Below, in pieces: positions 15,175-25,030 of a DNA stretch of 30,419 nt. The notes below the pieces were generated by a model. That model saw only the letters and a program-made list of their open reading frames with translations, ran no database searches and was not told the DNA's origin. The DNA comes from a virus (taxonomy: Duplodnaviria; Caudoviricetes). Position numbers and translations under genes: made by a program. The stretch lies in IMG/VR virus record IMGVR_UViG_3300006120_000064, positions 1-30,419 of that record. One strand, written 5' to 3'. Each line of letters begins with the position of its first letter. The stretch's first letter is position 1.

Positions 15175-16137
15175 ATGGCAACAAGCGATGCAGACGCTTT
15201 TTCTTTCCTCAATAGCGACGATGAGCTACCCGGGGATGGGAAAAAAAGCGCAGAAGACATAGAAATTCAAATTGTTGACGACACTCCAGAGGAAGATCGT
15301 GCCCATGCGACACCTTTGCCCAAGGAAATCGTCGATGAAATTGACAATGATGATCTAGAATCCTACTCAAAAGAGGCAAAACAGCGTCTTTTGCAGATGA
15401 AAAAGCTCATTAATGATGAACGTCGAGCAAAAGAACGTGCCGAACGTGAGGCAGCCGAGGCAACTCGTGTGGCTGGCGTGGTAATCAACGAAAACAAGAA
15501 TTTGAAAGGCCGTTTATCTGATGGCGAGAAAGTTTTTGTGTCTACAGCCAAGGAAAAACTGGCTTCAGACCTAGACAAAGCTCGTCGTGAGTACAAAGAA
15601 GCCTATGATTCTGGCGATGCTGACCGACTTGTCGAAGCTCAGGAAAAACTGACCGAGATTAAGTTCAAAGCACAAGAAATGGATCGTTATCGTCCCCAAT
15701 ATGACGAAAACACTTTACAGACTCAAGATTTTGGTGTACAAACTACACCACAACAGTCTCAACCAGAACGTTTGGATGCAAAAACCCAAGCGTGGCTTGA
15801 CAAAAACAAGTGGTACGGGACTGATGATGACATGAGCTTTCTTGCTATGGGCATTCATAAGCGTCTGGAAAGGGAAGGAGTCCCAGCGGGTTCCGACCAC
15901 TACTGGTCAACGATTGATGCCGAGATGAGAAAACGCTTTCCCGACAAGTTCGGCGACGCAGAAACCAAAACTTCTGCCACAACTCGTAAATCCTCGGTGG
16001 TTGCACCAGCGACGAGATCTACGTCTTCAAAAAAGATCACTCTCAACACACGTCAACTTGAACTGGCTAAGAAATTCAAACTTACGCCGGAACAATACTA
16101 CAACGAACTGGTAAAAACGGAGGCCCAAAATGGCTGA
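15175..16137 (+). CDS. Putative capsid scaffolding protein
   Basis: Acidic N terminus, coiled coil, and position between portal and capsid; ATG 15175 after AGGAG. Confidence 0.75.
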   Translation: MATSDADAFSFLNSDDELPGDGKKSAEDIEIQIVDDTPEEDRAHATPLPKEIVDEIDNDDLESYSKEAKQRLLQMKKLINDERRAKERAEREAAEATRVAGVVINENKNLKGRLSDGEKVFVSTAKEKLASDLDKARREYKEAYDSGDADRLVEAQEKLTEIKFKAQEMDRYRPQYDENTLQTQDFGVQTTPQQSQPERLDAKTQAWLDKNKWYGTDDDMSFLAMGIHKRLEREGVPAGSDHYWSTIDAEMRKRFPDKFGDAETKTSATTRKSSVVAPATRSTSSKKITLNTRQLELAKKFKLTPEQYYNELVKTEAQNG

Positions 16138-16579
16138 GAATCGCACACCCCGAGAAATTGAAACACGTCAACAATCACAACGACCCAAACAATGGGTTGA
16201 ACCTGAGTTGTTGCCTGAACCAGACAAGGAACCGGGCTTCGCGTACCGCTGGGTCAGGACTTCAATATTGAACAACGTGGATCATCGCAACATCTCTTCC
16301 AAACGCAGAGAAGGCTTTGAACCAGTTCGTATTGAAGAACAGCCAAAGTTTTACATGATGACTGACCCCGATAGTCGTTTTAAAGACAACATCGAGATCG
16401 GTGGATTGTTGCTTTGTAAGATTCCTGAGGAGTTTGTTCAAGCTCGTTTTGACATGGAAAATCGTAAGACCCTTGCCAATGCGGAAGCTGTGGACAACAG
16501 TTTCTTGCGTCAGAGTGATACTCGGATGCCTCTCTTCCAAGAGCGGAAATCTACAGTGACCTTTGGCCAACGTTCTTAA
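16130..16579 (+). CDS. Conserved head-module hypothetical protein
   Basis: GFAYRWVR...REGFEPV...GGLLLCKIP. Confidence 0.85.
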   Translation: MAENRTPREIETRQQSQRPKQWVEPELLPEPDKEPGFAYRWVRTSILNNVDHRNISSKRREGFEPVRIEEQPKFYMMTDPDSRFKDNIEIGGLLLCKIPEEFVQARFDMENRKTLANAEAVDNSFLRQSDTRMPLFQERKSTVTFGQRS

Positions 16580-16596
16580 ACTTTTTGGAGATTTAA

Positions 16597-17466
16597 ATGG
16601 CATATCCAACAGTCTCGGCCCCTTACGGCCTCAAGCCTGTTAACCTGATCGGTGGTCGCGTGTATGCGGGTTCTACTCGTATGTTCCCCATCGTGAACGG
16701 TTACAGCACTTCGTTGTACAACGGTGACGTTGTTCAATTGGGCACCGGTGCTAACATCGGTTGCTTGGTCGCATCGACTCTTGCTTACAACGCTTCTAGC
16801 GCTGTGGCAGGTACCATCGGTGTGTTTGTCGGCGCTGAGTATTCAACTACCGGCGGCCCAATCTATGGCAAAAACCGCTATCAATTCTGGAACGCTTCCA
16901 CAAGTGCTCCAGATGCAATCGGTTATGTTGTGGATGATCCTCAAGCTGTGTTCCAAACCGCTGTTGTGGTTAACCCAGCTGGTACAGGTGGTTCTACTAC
17001 TATCCAGTACGCTAACCAAGCGTTTGTTGGCTCTAACGCCTACTACATTGGTAACGCCGCTGGTAACACTGGTAGCACTACCACAGGTGATTCATTGGCT
17101 GGCGTGGCAATCTCTGCCTCTGCTACTGTGTCTACACCTATTACCACTTCTGCAGCTTTCCGTATCGTCGGTATTGTTCCTGCTTCTGCTGTGACTGTTG
17201 CCGCTTCTGCTACCAGCTCAAGCACAACCATCACTTTGGCTGCTTCTAACAGTGCAATCACCCCCGGTATGGCAGTGTCTGGCCCCGGCATCAACCCCGG
17301 ATCCAACACATACGTGACTGCAGTATCAGGCACTTCCGTGACCATCAACACCGCCGTGACTACTGCACAATCGACAGCAGTCAACTTCTCTTTCACTGGC
17401 TACCCTGAAGTGCTGGTGACTTGGAACGCTGGTTACCATGGTTATAACAACTACACCGGCGTTTAA
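16597..17466 (+). CDS. Putative capsid decoration/cement protein
   Basis: APYGLKPVNLIGG...GD.V...V.DDP; immediately upstream of the capsid gene; Thr/Ala/Ser/Gly rich. Confidence 0.75.
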   Translation: MAYPTVSAPYGLKPVNLIGGRVYAGSTRMFPIVNGYSTSLYNGDVVQLGTGANIGCLVASTLAYNASSAVAGTIGVFVGAEYSTTGGPIYGKNRYQFWNASTSAPDAIGYVVDDPQAVFQTAVVVNPAGTGGSTTIQYANQAFVGSNAYYIGNAAGNTGSTTTGDSLAGVAISASATVSTPITTSAAFRIVGIVPASAVTVAASATSSSTTITLAASNSAITPGMAVSGPGINPGSNTYVTAVSGTSVTINTAVTTAQSTAVNFSFTGYPEVLVTWNAGYHGYNNYTGV

Positions 17467-17481
17467 TTAAGGAGAACATAA

Positions 17482-18384
17482 ATGGCTATTTCACGTGCAC
17501 AGTTACTTAAAGAACTGCTCCCCGGTTTGAACGCATTGTTCGGTCTTGAGTATGGTCGCTACGGCGAAGAACACAAAGAGATCTACGAGATTGAAACCTC
17601 TGAACGTTCGTTCGAAGAAGAAACAAAACTGTCTGGTTTCTCTGCCGCTCCTGTCAAAAACGAAGGTCAAGCCATCGCTTATGACAACGGCCAAGAAGCA
17701 TGGACAGCTCGTTACAACCACGAAACTATCGCTTTGGGCTTCAGCTTGACTGAAGAAGCTATCGAAGATAACTTGTATGACTCGTTGTCTGGTCGCTACA
17801 CCAAAGCCTTGGCTCGTGCTATGGCTTACACCAAGCAAGTCAAAGCAGCTGCAGTTTTGAACAACGGTTTTAACAGCCAATTCACCTACGGTGACGGCCA
17901 ACCTTTGTTTTCTTCTGCTCACCCGCTGATCTCTGGTGGCACCAACGCCAACACTCCATCTACCCCTGCCGACTTGAATGAAACAGCGTTGGAAAACGCC
18001 GTGATTCAAATCGCTGCTTGGACTGATGAACGTGGTCTGTTGATCGCTGCTAAGCCCAAGAAGTTGATTGTTCCCCCAGCATTGCAGTTCGTTGCAACTC
18101 GTTTGCTCGAAACCAAACTGCGCGTTGGTACAAACAACAACGACATTAACGCTATCGAGAACAATGGTTCGATCCCTGAAGGTTATGTGATCAACCACTT
18201 CTTGACAGCTAACAATGCTTGGTTCTTGACAACTGACGTGCCTAACGGTTTGAAAATGTTCGTTCGTACACCTTTGCAAAACAGCATGGACGGCGACTTT
18301 GATACCGGTAACGTGCGTTACAAGTCTCGTGAACGTTACTCCTTCGGTGTCTCTGACCCCTTGGGTGCATACGCTTCTTATTAA
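17482..18384 (+). CDS. Major capsid protein (Mu gpT-like, HK97 fold)
   Basis: MAISRAQLLKELLPGLNALFG...GDFDTGNVRYKSRERYSFG; strong RBS; followed by a terminator. Confidence 0.95.
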   Translation: MAISRAQLLKELLPGLNALFGLEYGRYGEEHKEIYEIETSERSFEEETKLSGFSAAPVKNEGQAIAYDNGQEAWTARYNHETIALGFSLTEEAIEDNLYDSLSGRYTKALARAMAYTKQVKAAAVLNNGFNSQFTYGDGQPLFSSAHPLISGGTNANTPSTPADLNETALENAVIQIAAWTDERGLLIAAKPKKLIVPPALQFVATRLLETKLRVGTNNNDINAIENNGSIPEGYVINHFLTANNAWFLTTDVPNGLKMFVRTPLQNSMDGDFDTGNVRYKSRERYSFGVSDPLGAYASY

Positions 18385-18405
18385 TCTTTGGATTAGTAAA
18401 AAATC

Positions 18406-18428
18406 AGGGGGCTTCGGCCCCCTTTTTT
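18406..18428 (+). terminator. Rho-independent terminator
   Basis: AGGGGGC-TTCG-GCCCCCT followed by T5. Confidence 0.9.
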
Positions 18429-18429
18429 G

Positions 18430-18457
18430 TTGACAGCAACCAAAAATAGTGTATATT
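18430..18457 (+). promoter_or_regulatory. Putative promoter
   Basis: TTGACA, 16 bp, TATATT, right after the capsid terminator. Confidence 0.6.
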
Positions 18458-18461
18458 TAAA

Positions 18462-18535
18462 GTGTCTGGGATTTCACTTGTACCGGACTGGCCCAGCAGA
18501 CGATGCAACGATTGGTACAAGTACTTTTGCATAAG
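18462..18535 (+). ncRNA. Pseudoknotted RNA, probably the Mu-gpT-DE motif
   Basis: ACTTGTACC/GGTACAAGT (18476-84/18514-22), CTGGG/CCCAG or GTCTG/CAGAC, and ATGCAA/TTGCAT (18503-08/18527-32). The family name is inferred from its position just downstream of a gpT-like capsid gene. Confidence 0.7.
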
Positions 18536-18546
18536 GACTTTTTGTC

Positions 18547-19260
18547 ATGGCACGTTCCACCTTTGAAGGCCCAATTCTTTCGGGCGATAACCGTTTTGGC
18601 CCAGTTCGCGACGTTGGTTACGTTGATCTGGTTCAAACAGCTCTCTTGGATTTTTCTGTAACAACTGCCAACACTGCCAACTATGGCGGCGCCTCTGGTC
18701 AGTTTGTTGCATCGAACAACATCCCTAACAGCAACGCTACGATCTACACACCCCAAAGCGGCGTGTTTAGCAACACAGGTCCTACTGCTGCATCCAATCC
18801 TACTGCGGACGCATCGACCATTGTGTATCGCGGCGTGGTGTTTTATTTGCCTTACGGCTCAAACATCACAGACGTCATTCTTGACATTGGCACAGTTCCC
18901 AAGGACAACGCAGGCACACCTTTGGCAGTGACTGCAATTCAGCCTTACGTTTCTAATAACTTTGCAACGTCTACTGGCGTGTATGGCACATTTGCCAACA
19001 TCTCCAGCCCAGCCGCTCAACGTTACACAGCAACTTATGTTGGTTCGCAATTGACAAACGCTAGCTCAACATTGCAAGACTTCCAAAACCTGCAAGCCGG
19101 CCAACAGCCAACATGGTTCTCCCAAGTGGTTGTGACATTGAAGATGACAACTTCATCTGCTGGTTTGTCTTCTGGTCAAGTTGAATTGACCTTGCGCTAC
19201 AACCAATTAGATTTAAACATTGGTAACAGCACAACTTACCCATACGGTAACTTTGATTGA
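18547..19260 (+). CDS. Virion structural protein (putative head decoration/fibre)
   Basis: MARSTFEGPILSG start typical of the post-capsid gene; rich in small polar residues. Confidence 0.75.
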   Translation: MARSTFEGPILSGDNRFGPVRDVGYVDLVQTALLDFSVTTANTANYGGASGQFVASNNIPNSNATIYTPQSGVFSNTGPTAASNPTADASTIVYRGVVFYLPYGSNITDVILDIGTVPKDNAGTPLAVTAIQPYVSNNFATSTGVYGTFANISSPAAQRYTATYVGSQLTNASSTLQDFQNLQAGQQPTWFSQVVVTLKMTTSSAGLSSGQVELTLRYNQLDLNIGNSTTYPYGNFD

Positions 19261-19268
19261 TAAACCAT

Positions 19269-19291
19269 AGGGGACTACGGTCCCCTTTTTT
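19269..19291 (+). terminator. Rho-independent terminator
   Basis: AGGGGAC-TACG-GTCCCCT followed by T5. Confidence 0.9.
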
Positions 19292-19309
19292 AAAATCTAA
19301 GGAGCTGAT

Positions 19310-21901
19310 ATGAGTGCGTGGAATTTATTGAATTTTTTCTCTGGAAATAACTCGAACAACATTGGTTCGAACCTTTCTCAGACAGGCGGCATGGGCAATC
19401 AAACACCCAGTACGCCATGGCAAGGTATTGATGGCGCGGCTCAAGTGGTTATGCCGCAGCGCTTGCGTGACGTTGTTGGCAAACTAAAAGTAAGCCAATC
19501 ACAAAACATTTACGACGCCGACTTTGAGTACGGCGTTCAGCCTTTGCGTTGGGAACAGTTTATTCAGAACGCATCTGGCAACGCTTCCATCGTGCAAAAC
19601 CCCGGTTTGGGCGGCGTGACGATGACAATTGGTACTGGCATAACCAGCATTCCTCCTATTTCCGGCGATATTACAATCCGTCAATCACGTCCATACCATC
19701 GTTACCAGCCCGGTAAATCGATGTATATGGCATCGAACGTGAACTTTGGCGGAGCCATTGCAGGACAATATCAGCGTGTTGGTATCTTTGACGATTCCAA
19801 CGGCATCTTCTTCATGCAAAACAACGCCAATGGACCAGCAAACCCATACGGCATGTATTGCGTAATTCGCTCTGACTCGGGCGGAGTTCCTGTTGACACA
19901 GTCTTTGACATGTCGCAATGGAACGGCAATAAAGCAATCATTAACGGTATCAACTGGTCCTTAGTCCAAATGATTTGGATGGAGTACGCTTGGTATGGTG
20001 CAGGCGCTTTGCGTTGGGGCGTGGTCATTAATGGCGAGCCTTGGGTTCTTCATCAAGTTGGCACAGGTAATGGCGTTGTAAACGGCGTCAACCAAGTCAA
20101 GCCTTGGAGCCGTACTGGTAACTTGCCAGTTCGCTACGAGCAGCGCAACACTTCCACTGGTGCTCAGTCAATCATGACTCACTACGGTGTGTCTGTTTTG
20201 ATTGAAGGTGGCCGTGACCCACAGCGTGGCTTTACTTACTCTTATGGCAACGATGCCGCAACACAGAACCAAACAGTTCCTGCAAGTTCTAAGCGTTATC
20301 CAGCAATGTCTTTCCGCATGAGATCCATGGGAACAGATTTGTTTGATAACACATACTCTGCAATTACTGCTGGTACACAAACCACTTTGACCATTGGTAA
20401 CTCTGGTTCTCCTGCAAACGCATTGAGCACGTTTGTTGGCCAAGGCAATAATGGTCAAGCATTGTTGACTTTTGCCAGCAGCGGACACGGTTATCCAGTT
20501 ACTGTTACTGCTCAAAACCAACCAGCTCAGTACATTACGTTGGGTGCTTTCACGCAAGTGGCAACATCAACAACTGGCAACTATTCTGTTTCCGGTACTA
20601 CACTGACTGTTACGACTGTTGCAAGCGGCGTCTTTACTGACCAGCAAGTGTTGAGTGGCACAGGCATCATTGGATCGCCAACCATCGTCACACAACTTAC
20701 CGCAACAAACGCTGCGGCAGCAAGCCCAACTTTTGTAAGTGGCGGCGCTGTTGGCTCTAGCGTTATTGGTTTATCTTCTGGTGCAAGCATTGTTGCCGGC
20801 ATGTTGGCATCTGGTACTGGTATTCCTGCGGGAACATTTGTCAACCAAGTGATTGGCGCATCTGTTGTTTTGAGCAACGCATTGACTGTGCAAGCCTCTG
20901 GAACGTACAACTTCTACACAGCCGGCGCGGCAGGTACATACCAAGTGAGCAGTGCATCTGCAATTGCAGGGGTATCTGGAACAATTACTGCAACTCAATC
21001 GTATGCTGCAAATACGTACTTGATCCAACGAGTGCCAAGCGCAACTACATTGATTTTGCAGGTCCCGAACTTCCCTAATGGTGCAAGCCCTGCATCCAAT
21101 CCAACGGTCAATTACTGGGGCGTCAACCAATGGGTTGGCAAATACTTGTACTATGCGGCAAGCCTGCCTTCTATTGCAACCATCAGCGGCTTGACAAGTT
21201 CAACTGTTGCGGGTATTACAAACTACACGGCAACCGTGTCGTTTACAAGTGCTCACTTTTTGAACAACAACGATGTCATCACAATCACTGGGGCATCGCC
21301 ATCAAACTACAACGGCATTTACAACGTGACCGTGCTGGCGTATAACCAAGTGTCAATTAGCTTTGGTCCAAAGACTCCCGGCGCGTACAGCAACAGCGCG
21401 GTTGCCACGACGCCTTATACAGCACGTATCACGTCAAACACTGCCAACACTTTGACTTTCCAAGACATTGTGACTAGCGGACCATTGGCAACAGGCCCAT
21501 CGGCTGGTAACAGCTATCAAATTGGTTTGATTGACCGTGGTCAGTTGTTGCCCGTGACTTTGCTGATTAACTCTTCAGCAACTGCTTTGGTGGAATTGAT
21601 TGCATCAACTCCTACCAACCAAGTGTCTTTGCAAGGCGCCAGCTTTGTTCCATTGAACACTTTGGGTTCGTACAACTCGTTTGCCGAACAAGATTTAAGC
21701 GCCATTTCCTTGGCTGGCGGCGAGGTGGTGTACGCCTTCTCAACAGCCAACAACGGCTTGCAACAGCTTGATTTGTCAAACTTCTTCCCTGTGTTAACAA
21801 ACATCAAGGGCAACGTTGCTGACATTTTGACGGTTGCGGTTACATCGTCCGCCGGCGCAACAGTGCAGGTGAACGTGGTTTGTCAGGAAGCGATGGCCTA
21901 A
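19310..21901 (+). CDS. Large virion structural protein (lectin-like N-terminal domain plus beta-rich repeats)
   Basis: RQSRPYHRYQPGKS, R.G.FD..NG.FF, EYAWYGAG..R.G, NLPVRYE motifs, then T/S/G/A-rich modules. Confidence 0.75.
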   Translation: MSAWNLLNFFSGNNSNNIGSNLSQTGGMGNQTPSTPWQGIDGAAQVVMPQRLRDVVGKLKVSQSQNIYDADFEYGVQPLRWEQFIQNASGNASIVQNPGLGGVTMTIGTGITSIPPISGDITIRQSRPYHRYQPGKSMYMASNVNFGGAIAGQYQRVGIFDDSNGIFFMQNNANGPANPYGMYCVIRSDSGGVPVDTVFDMSQWNGNKAIINGINWSLVQMIWMEYAWYGAGALRWGVVINGEPWVLHQVGTGNGVVNGVNQVKPWSRTGNLPVRYEQRNTSTGAQSIMTHYGVSVLIEGGRDPQRGFTYSYGNDAATQNQTVPASSKRYPAMSFRMRSMGTDLFDNTYSAITAGTQTTLTIGNSGSPANALSTFVGQGNNGQALLTFASSGHGYPVTVTAQNQPAQYITLGAFTQVATSTTGNYSVSGTTLTVTTVASGVFTDQQVLSGTGIIGSPTIVTQLTATNAAAASPTFVSGGAVGSSVIGLSSGASIVAGMLASGTGIPAGTFVNQVIGASVVLSNALTVQASGTYNFYTAGAAGTYQVSSASAIAGVSGTITATQSYAANTYLIQRVPSATTLILQVPNFPNGASPASNPTVNYWGVNQWVGKYLYYAASLPSIATISGLTSSTVAGITNYTATVSFTSAHFLNNNDVITITGASPSNYNGIYNVTVLAYNQVSISFGPKTPGAYSNSAVATTPYTARITSNTANTLTFQDIVTSGPLATGPSAGNSYQIGLIDRGQLLPVTLLINSSATALVELIASTPTNQVSLQGASFVPLNTLGSYNSFAEQDLSAISLAGGEVVYAFSTANNGLQQLDLSNFFPVLTNIKGNVADILTVAVTSSAGATVQVNVVCQEAMA

Positions 21902-21902
21902 T

Positions 21903-22148
21903 ATGGCTAAGACACCAGCATGGCAACGCAAGGAAGGCAAGAATCCCAATGGCGGCTTGAACGCCAAGGGCCGAGCCTCGGCGAAGAGAGAAGGTCACAA
22001 CTTGAAACCGCCGCAACCAGAAGGCGGATCGAGAAAAAGATCTTTTTGTGCCCGAATGGAAGGCATGAAAAAGCATCTGACATCCGCAGAAACAGCGAAA
22101 GACCCGAACTCTAGGATCAATAAAAGCCTACGGGCGTGGAAGTGCTGA
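21903..22148 (+). CDS. DUF6321-like small basic protein
   Basis: AWQRKEGKNPNGGLNAKGRAS...RKRSFCARM...SRINKSLRAWKC. Confidence 0.8.
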   Translation: MAKTPAWQRKEGKNPNGGLNAKGRASAKREGHNLKPPQPEGGSRKRSFCARMEGMKKHLTSAETAKDPNSRINKSLRAWKC

Positions 22149-22149
22149 T

Positions 22150-22398
22150 ATGGAAATGCAAATTTGGAATGCTTTGCTAACCACGTTTCTTGGTTTATTG
22201 GCTTGGAATCTGAAAGAAAAGTCCAGTGAATTAAATCGGATAACGATTCTTTTGAACCGTACTCGGGAAGAAATTGCACGTGATAACGTAACGCAAGCAG
22301 AGATGGATAAATTTCTTTTGCATATGGATGCACGTTTCGATAAACTCAACGACAAACTTGATGCCTATATGAAGGAGCAAAGAAGTGCCCTCAGTTAG
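22150..22398 (+). CDS. Small membrane-anchored protein (possible lysis accessory)
   Basis: N-terminal hydrophobic helix followed by a coiled coil. Confidence 0.75.
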   Translation: MEMQIWNALLTTFLGLLAWNLKEKSSELNRITILLNRTREEIARDNVTQAEMDKFLLHMDARFDKLNDKLDAYMKEQRSALS

Positions 22399-23077
22399 CA
22401 AAAAACAACACAATTTCATGGAAGCAATAGCTCATAATAAGGCTTTTGCTAAAAAGGTTCACATCCCACAATCTGTGGGGCGTGATTTTGCAGAAGCCGA
22501 TAAAGGCAAACATTTCAAAAAAGGTGGAATTAACATGGCTACAAAAAAACGTAGTGTAAACCCAGCGATGGCAATGATGGCTGCCCGTGCCATGCCAACA
22601 CCATCTGCTGCTCCCGCTGCTCAACCTCCAGTGGCTCCTGCCATGGGTGGCATGAAGCATGGTGGACTCTCTAAAGAGCATCACAAACACTTGGCTCATC
22701 ACCACTTGGAGATGGCTGAGCACCACATGCACATGCACAAGGGCACTCACAAAATGGCTCATGGTGGAAAAACAGAATCCACTACAGAACCACGTGGTCA
22801 CTTCAAAGAAAAAGAGTCCATGGGTCCTCGCAACATGAAGTCTGATGTTGAAAAAGGCTCTAACAAACTGGCTAAATTTGGCGAGTCCAAAGTTGAAAAA
22901 CGTGGCCACACCGAAGATCGTGAACCCAAAATGAAGGGCAACACGATTGGTACTGGCGCTTTAGTCAACACCAAAAAACACGGTGGCCATATCAAGAAAA
23001 TGGCTCATGGTGGCGCTACTTCTGGCCGTGCTGATGGCATTGCCCAACGTGGCCACACCAAAACCAAATATTGCTAA
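22385..23077 (+). CDS. Basic, His-rich low-complexity protein with repeated x-x-GG motifs
   Basis: MPSVSKKQHNFM.A.AHN; motifs FKKGG, MKHGG, MAHGG, KKHGG, MAHGG; RADGIAQRGHTK. A second start is possible at MATKKR. Confidence 0.8.
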   Translation: MPSVSKKQHNFMEAIAHNKAFAKKVHIPQSVGRDFAEADKGKHFKKGGINMATKKRSVNPAMAMMAARAMPTPSAAPAAQPPVAPAMGGMKHGGLSKEHHKHLAHHHLEMAEHHMHMHKGTHKMAHGGKTESTTEPRGHFKEKESMGPRNMKSDVEKGSNKLAKFGESKVEKRGHTEDREPKMKGNTIGTGALVNTKKHGGHIKKMAHGGATSGRADGIAQRGHTKTKYC

Positions 23078-23090
23078 TTAGGAGGCAATC

Positions 23091-23291
23091 ATGTCACACG
23101 GACACAAAAAACATCACGAGCATATCCATCATTTCATGAAAGAGCATGATGGCCACCACGCACATGGCGGTCATTTGATGAAACATGAAGCTCACGAGAA
23201 ACATCTCAAAGAGCATGATGGCGGTATGCACGGCCACAAACATCATCATGAGCATGTCGAAACGATGTGCCATGGCGGTAAAGCAAAATGA
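23091..23291 (+). CDS. Histidine-rich small protein (23 of 66 residues His)
   Basis: AGGAGG RBS; internal duplication of HGHK.HHEH and KEHDG. Confidence 0.85.
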   Translation: MSHGHKKHHEHIHHFMKEHDGHHAHGGHLMKHEAHEKHLKEHDGGMHGHKHHHEHVETMCHGGKAK

Positions 23292-23542
23292 GAGCAAGTC
23301 GTGGGATGGGTTCAATAAAACCCACGAAGATGCCAAAAGGGAAGGTTATCCATCGAAAGGATAACCCGAACGATGTCGAAGTCTACGCAGGTGGCGGTCA
23401 CATTGGCTTGTATGCCAATATTCATGCCAAACAGCAACGTATCGCCCATGGTTCGGGTGAGAAAATGCGTAAACCCGGCAGCAAAGGAGCACCTACTCAC
23501 GATGCTTTTGTCCAATCTGCTAAGACAAGGAAAAAGAAATGA
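23288..23542 (+). CDS. Small basic protein
   Basis: MRASRGMG...YAGGG..GLYANIHAK..RI..GSGEKMRKPGSKGAPT. Confidence 0.85.
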   Translation: MRASRGMGSIKPTKMPKGKVIHRKDNPNDVEVYAGGGHIGLYANIHAKQQRIAHGSGEKMRKPGSKGAPTHDAFVQSAKTRKKK

Positions 23543-23892
23543 ACTTAATTGAACGTGTTTTAAAGCATGTCCGCAGCGTTGGCCATGCCACACAAGGCGC
23601 TGAGCATCAATTGCTGTTGGATTTTGCTCAATTTTTGAGCAGCGAAGCTCCTGTAATGGCGTTTCTCAAAACCAAAAACATTAAGGTTGGTGGCGCAGAA
23701 CACGCTGTTGTCAGCAAGTTTATTGCTGAAATTGCACCAGAAGTTCCCGTTGTTACTGCTCCAGTTGAGCCAACCCCCGAAGTTGTTGTCGAAGCTACCC
23801 CAGCTTCAGCGACTGTGACGTTGGCGACCAATGAAGCAACCGTAACGGTGCAAGATGCAGCTCCAGCATCATCTGATCCACAAGCAGCATAA
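23539..23892 (+). CDS. Hypothetical protein with a Pro/Ala/Thr-rich tail
   Basis: ATGA overlap; internal GAEH repeat. Confidence 0.75.
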   Translation: MNLIERVLKHVRSVGHATQGAEHQLLLDFAQFLSSEAPVMAFLKTKNIKVGGAEHAVVSKFIAEIAPEVPVVTAPVEPTPEVVVEATPASATVTLATNEATVTVQDAAPASSDPQAA

Positions 23893-23894
23893 TC

Positions 23895-24074
23895 ATGTCT
23901 GAAAAATGGATTCAACACGCAATCAAAAAAGCTGGAGCACTTCGTGAAGCCTTGGGTGTTAAAGAGGGCAAAACGATACCAGCTAAGAAACTTGCTGCGG
24001 CTGCTCATAAACCGGGCAAGCTAGGACAACGTGCTCGTTTGGCTGAAACCCTGAAGAAAATGCACCACAAATGA
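23895..24074 (+). CDS. Small basic conserved phage protein (59 aa, absent from the ORF track)
   Basis: MSEKWIQHAIKKAGALREALGVKEGKTIPAKKLAAAAHKPGKLGQRARLAETLKKMHHK; ATGA overlap with the next gene. Confidence 0.85.
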   Translation: MSEKWIQHAIKKAGALREALGVKEGKTIPAKKLAAAAHKPGKLGQRARLAETLKKMHHK

Positions 24075-25030
24075 CAACTACTGGGACATCCGTATTTGAC
24101 CTCAATATGAACGAACTCATCGAAGAGGCGTTTGAGCGGTGCGGTGTCGAGTTGCGAACTGGTTATGACTTCAGGACTGCCAAGCGGTCACTCAACCTCC
24201 TCACCGTTGAATGGGCTAATCGTGGTATTAACCTGTGGACGATTGAGGAGGGTCAGATTCCTATGAATACTGGCCAAATCACTTATCCTTTGCCGATTGA
24301 TACGATTGACTTGTTGAGTCAAGTGATCCGAACTGGCACTTTGCAAAACCAGATCGACATCAACATCAGCCGTATCTCGGAAGACACATATTCGACTTTG
24401 CCCAACAAACTGGCGCAGGGTCGTCCCATTCAAGTCTGGATTAACCGTCAGTCGGGTCAAACTAACCCAACAGCCTACACTTTGGCAGGCAACGGCACAA
24501 CGCCTGGCATCAGTGCTACAGACACCACCATCCAGCTCAATCAGTCAGATATGACTGGTTTGGCGGCCACAGGATACATCTCCATTGATGGAGAGATCAT
24601 CTACTATCCAAACGTCAGCACAACGTCTCCACAGCTTTTGAATTGCTACCGTGGACAGGCTGGTACTACCGCTGCTTCCCATGCAGCCAACGCTGCGATT
24701 AGCGTGACCAATCTGCCTTGTATCAACGTCTGGCCAACACCCAATGCACCGGGCAGCCAATATACGTTTGTGTACTGGCGTTTGCGTCGTATGCAAGATG
24801 CGGGTAGTGGGGTTTCTACCAATGACATTCCATTCAGATTTATCAATGCGTTGGTGGCCGGCTTGTCCTACTACGTATCGCAAAAGGTTACTGGCATTGA
24901 TCCAAACCGAATCATGGCCTTAAAGGCAGATTACATGGAGCAGTGGACCTTGGCTTCGGATGAAGATCGGGAGAAGGCTTCTGTTCGTTTTGTACCGAGG
25001 ATGGGCTTTTACGCCGGTGGAGCTAGATAA
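24071..25030 (+). CDS. Putative head-tail adaptor / tail tubular protein with an inserted module
   Basis: IEEAFERCG...A.RSLNLL..EWANRGINLWT...NK..QGRP.Q...VWPTP...A.DEDR. Confidence 0.75.
   Translation: MTTTGTSVFDLNMNELIEEAFERCGVELRTGYDFRTAKRSLNLLTVEWANRGINLWTIEEGQIPMNTGQITYPLPIDTIDLLSQVIRTGTLQNQIDINISRISEDTYSTLPNKLAQGRPIQVWINRQSGQTNPTAYTLAGNGTTPGISATDTTIQLNQSDMTGLAATGYISIDGEIIYYPNVSTTSPQLLNCYRGQAGTTAASHAANAAISVTNLPCINVWPTPNAPGSQYTFVYWRLRRMQDAGSGVSTNDIPFRFINALVAGLSYYVSQKVTGIDPNRIMALKADYMEQWTLASDEDREKASVRFVPRMGFYAGGAR

Noticed and set aside
17503-18279. 258-aa antisense ORF over the capsid gene and other long antisense ORFs
   Set aside because: These are shadow frames caused by codon bias of the real genes, with no RBS or recognisable motifs.
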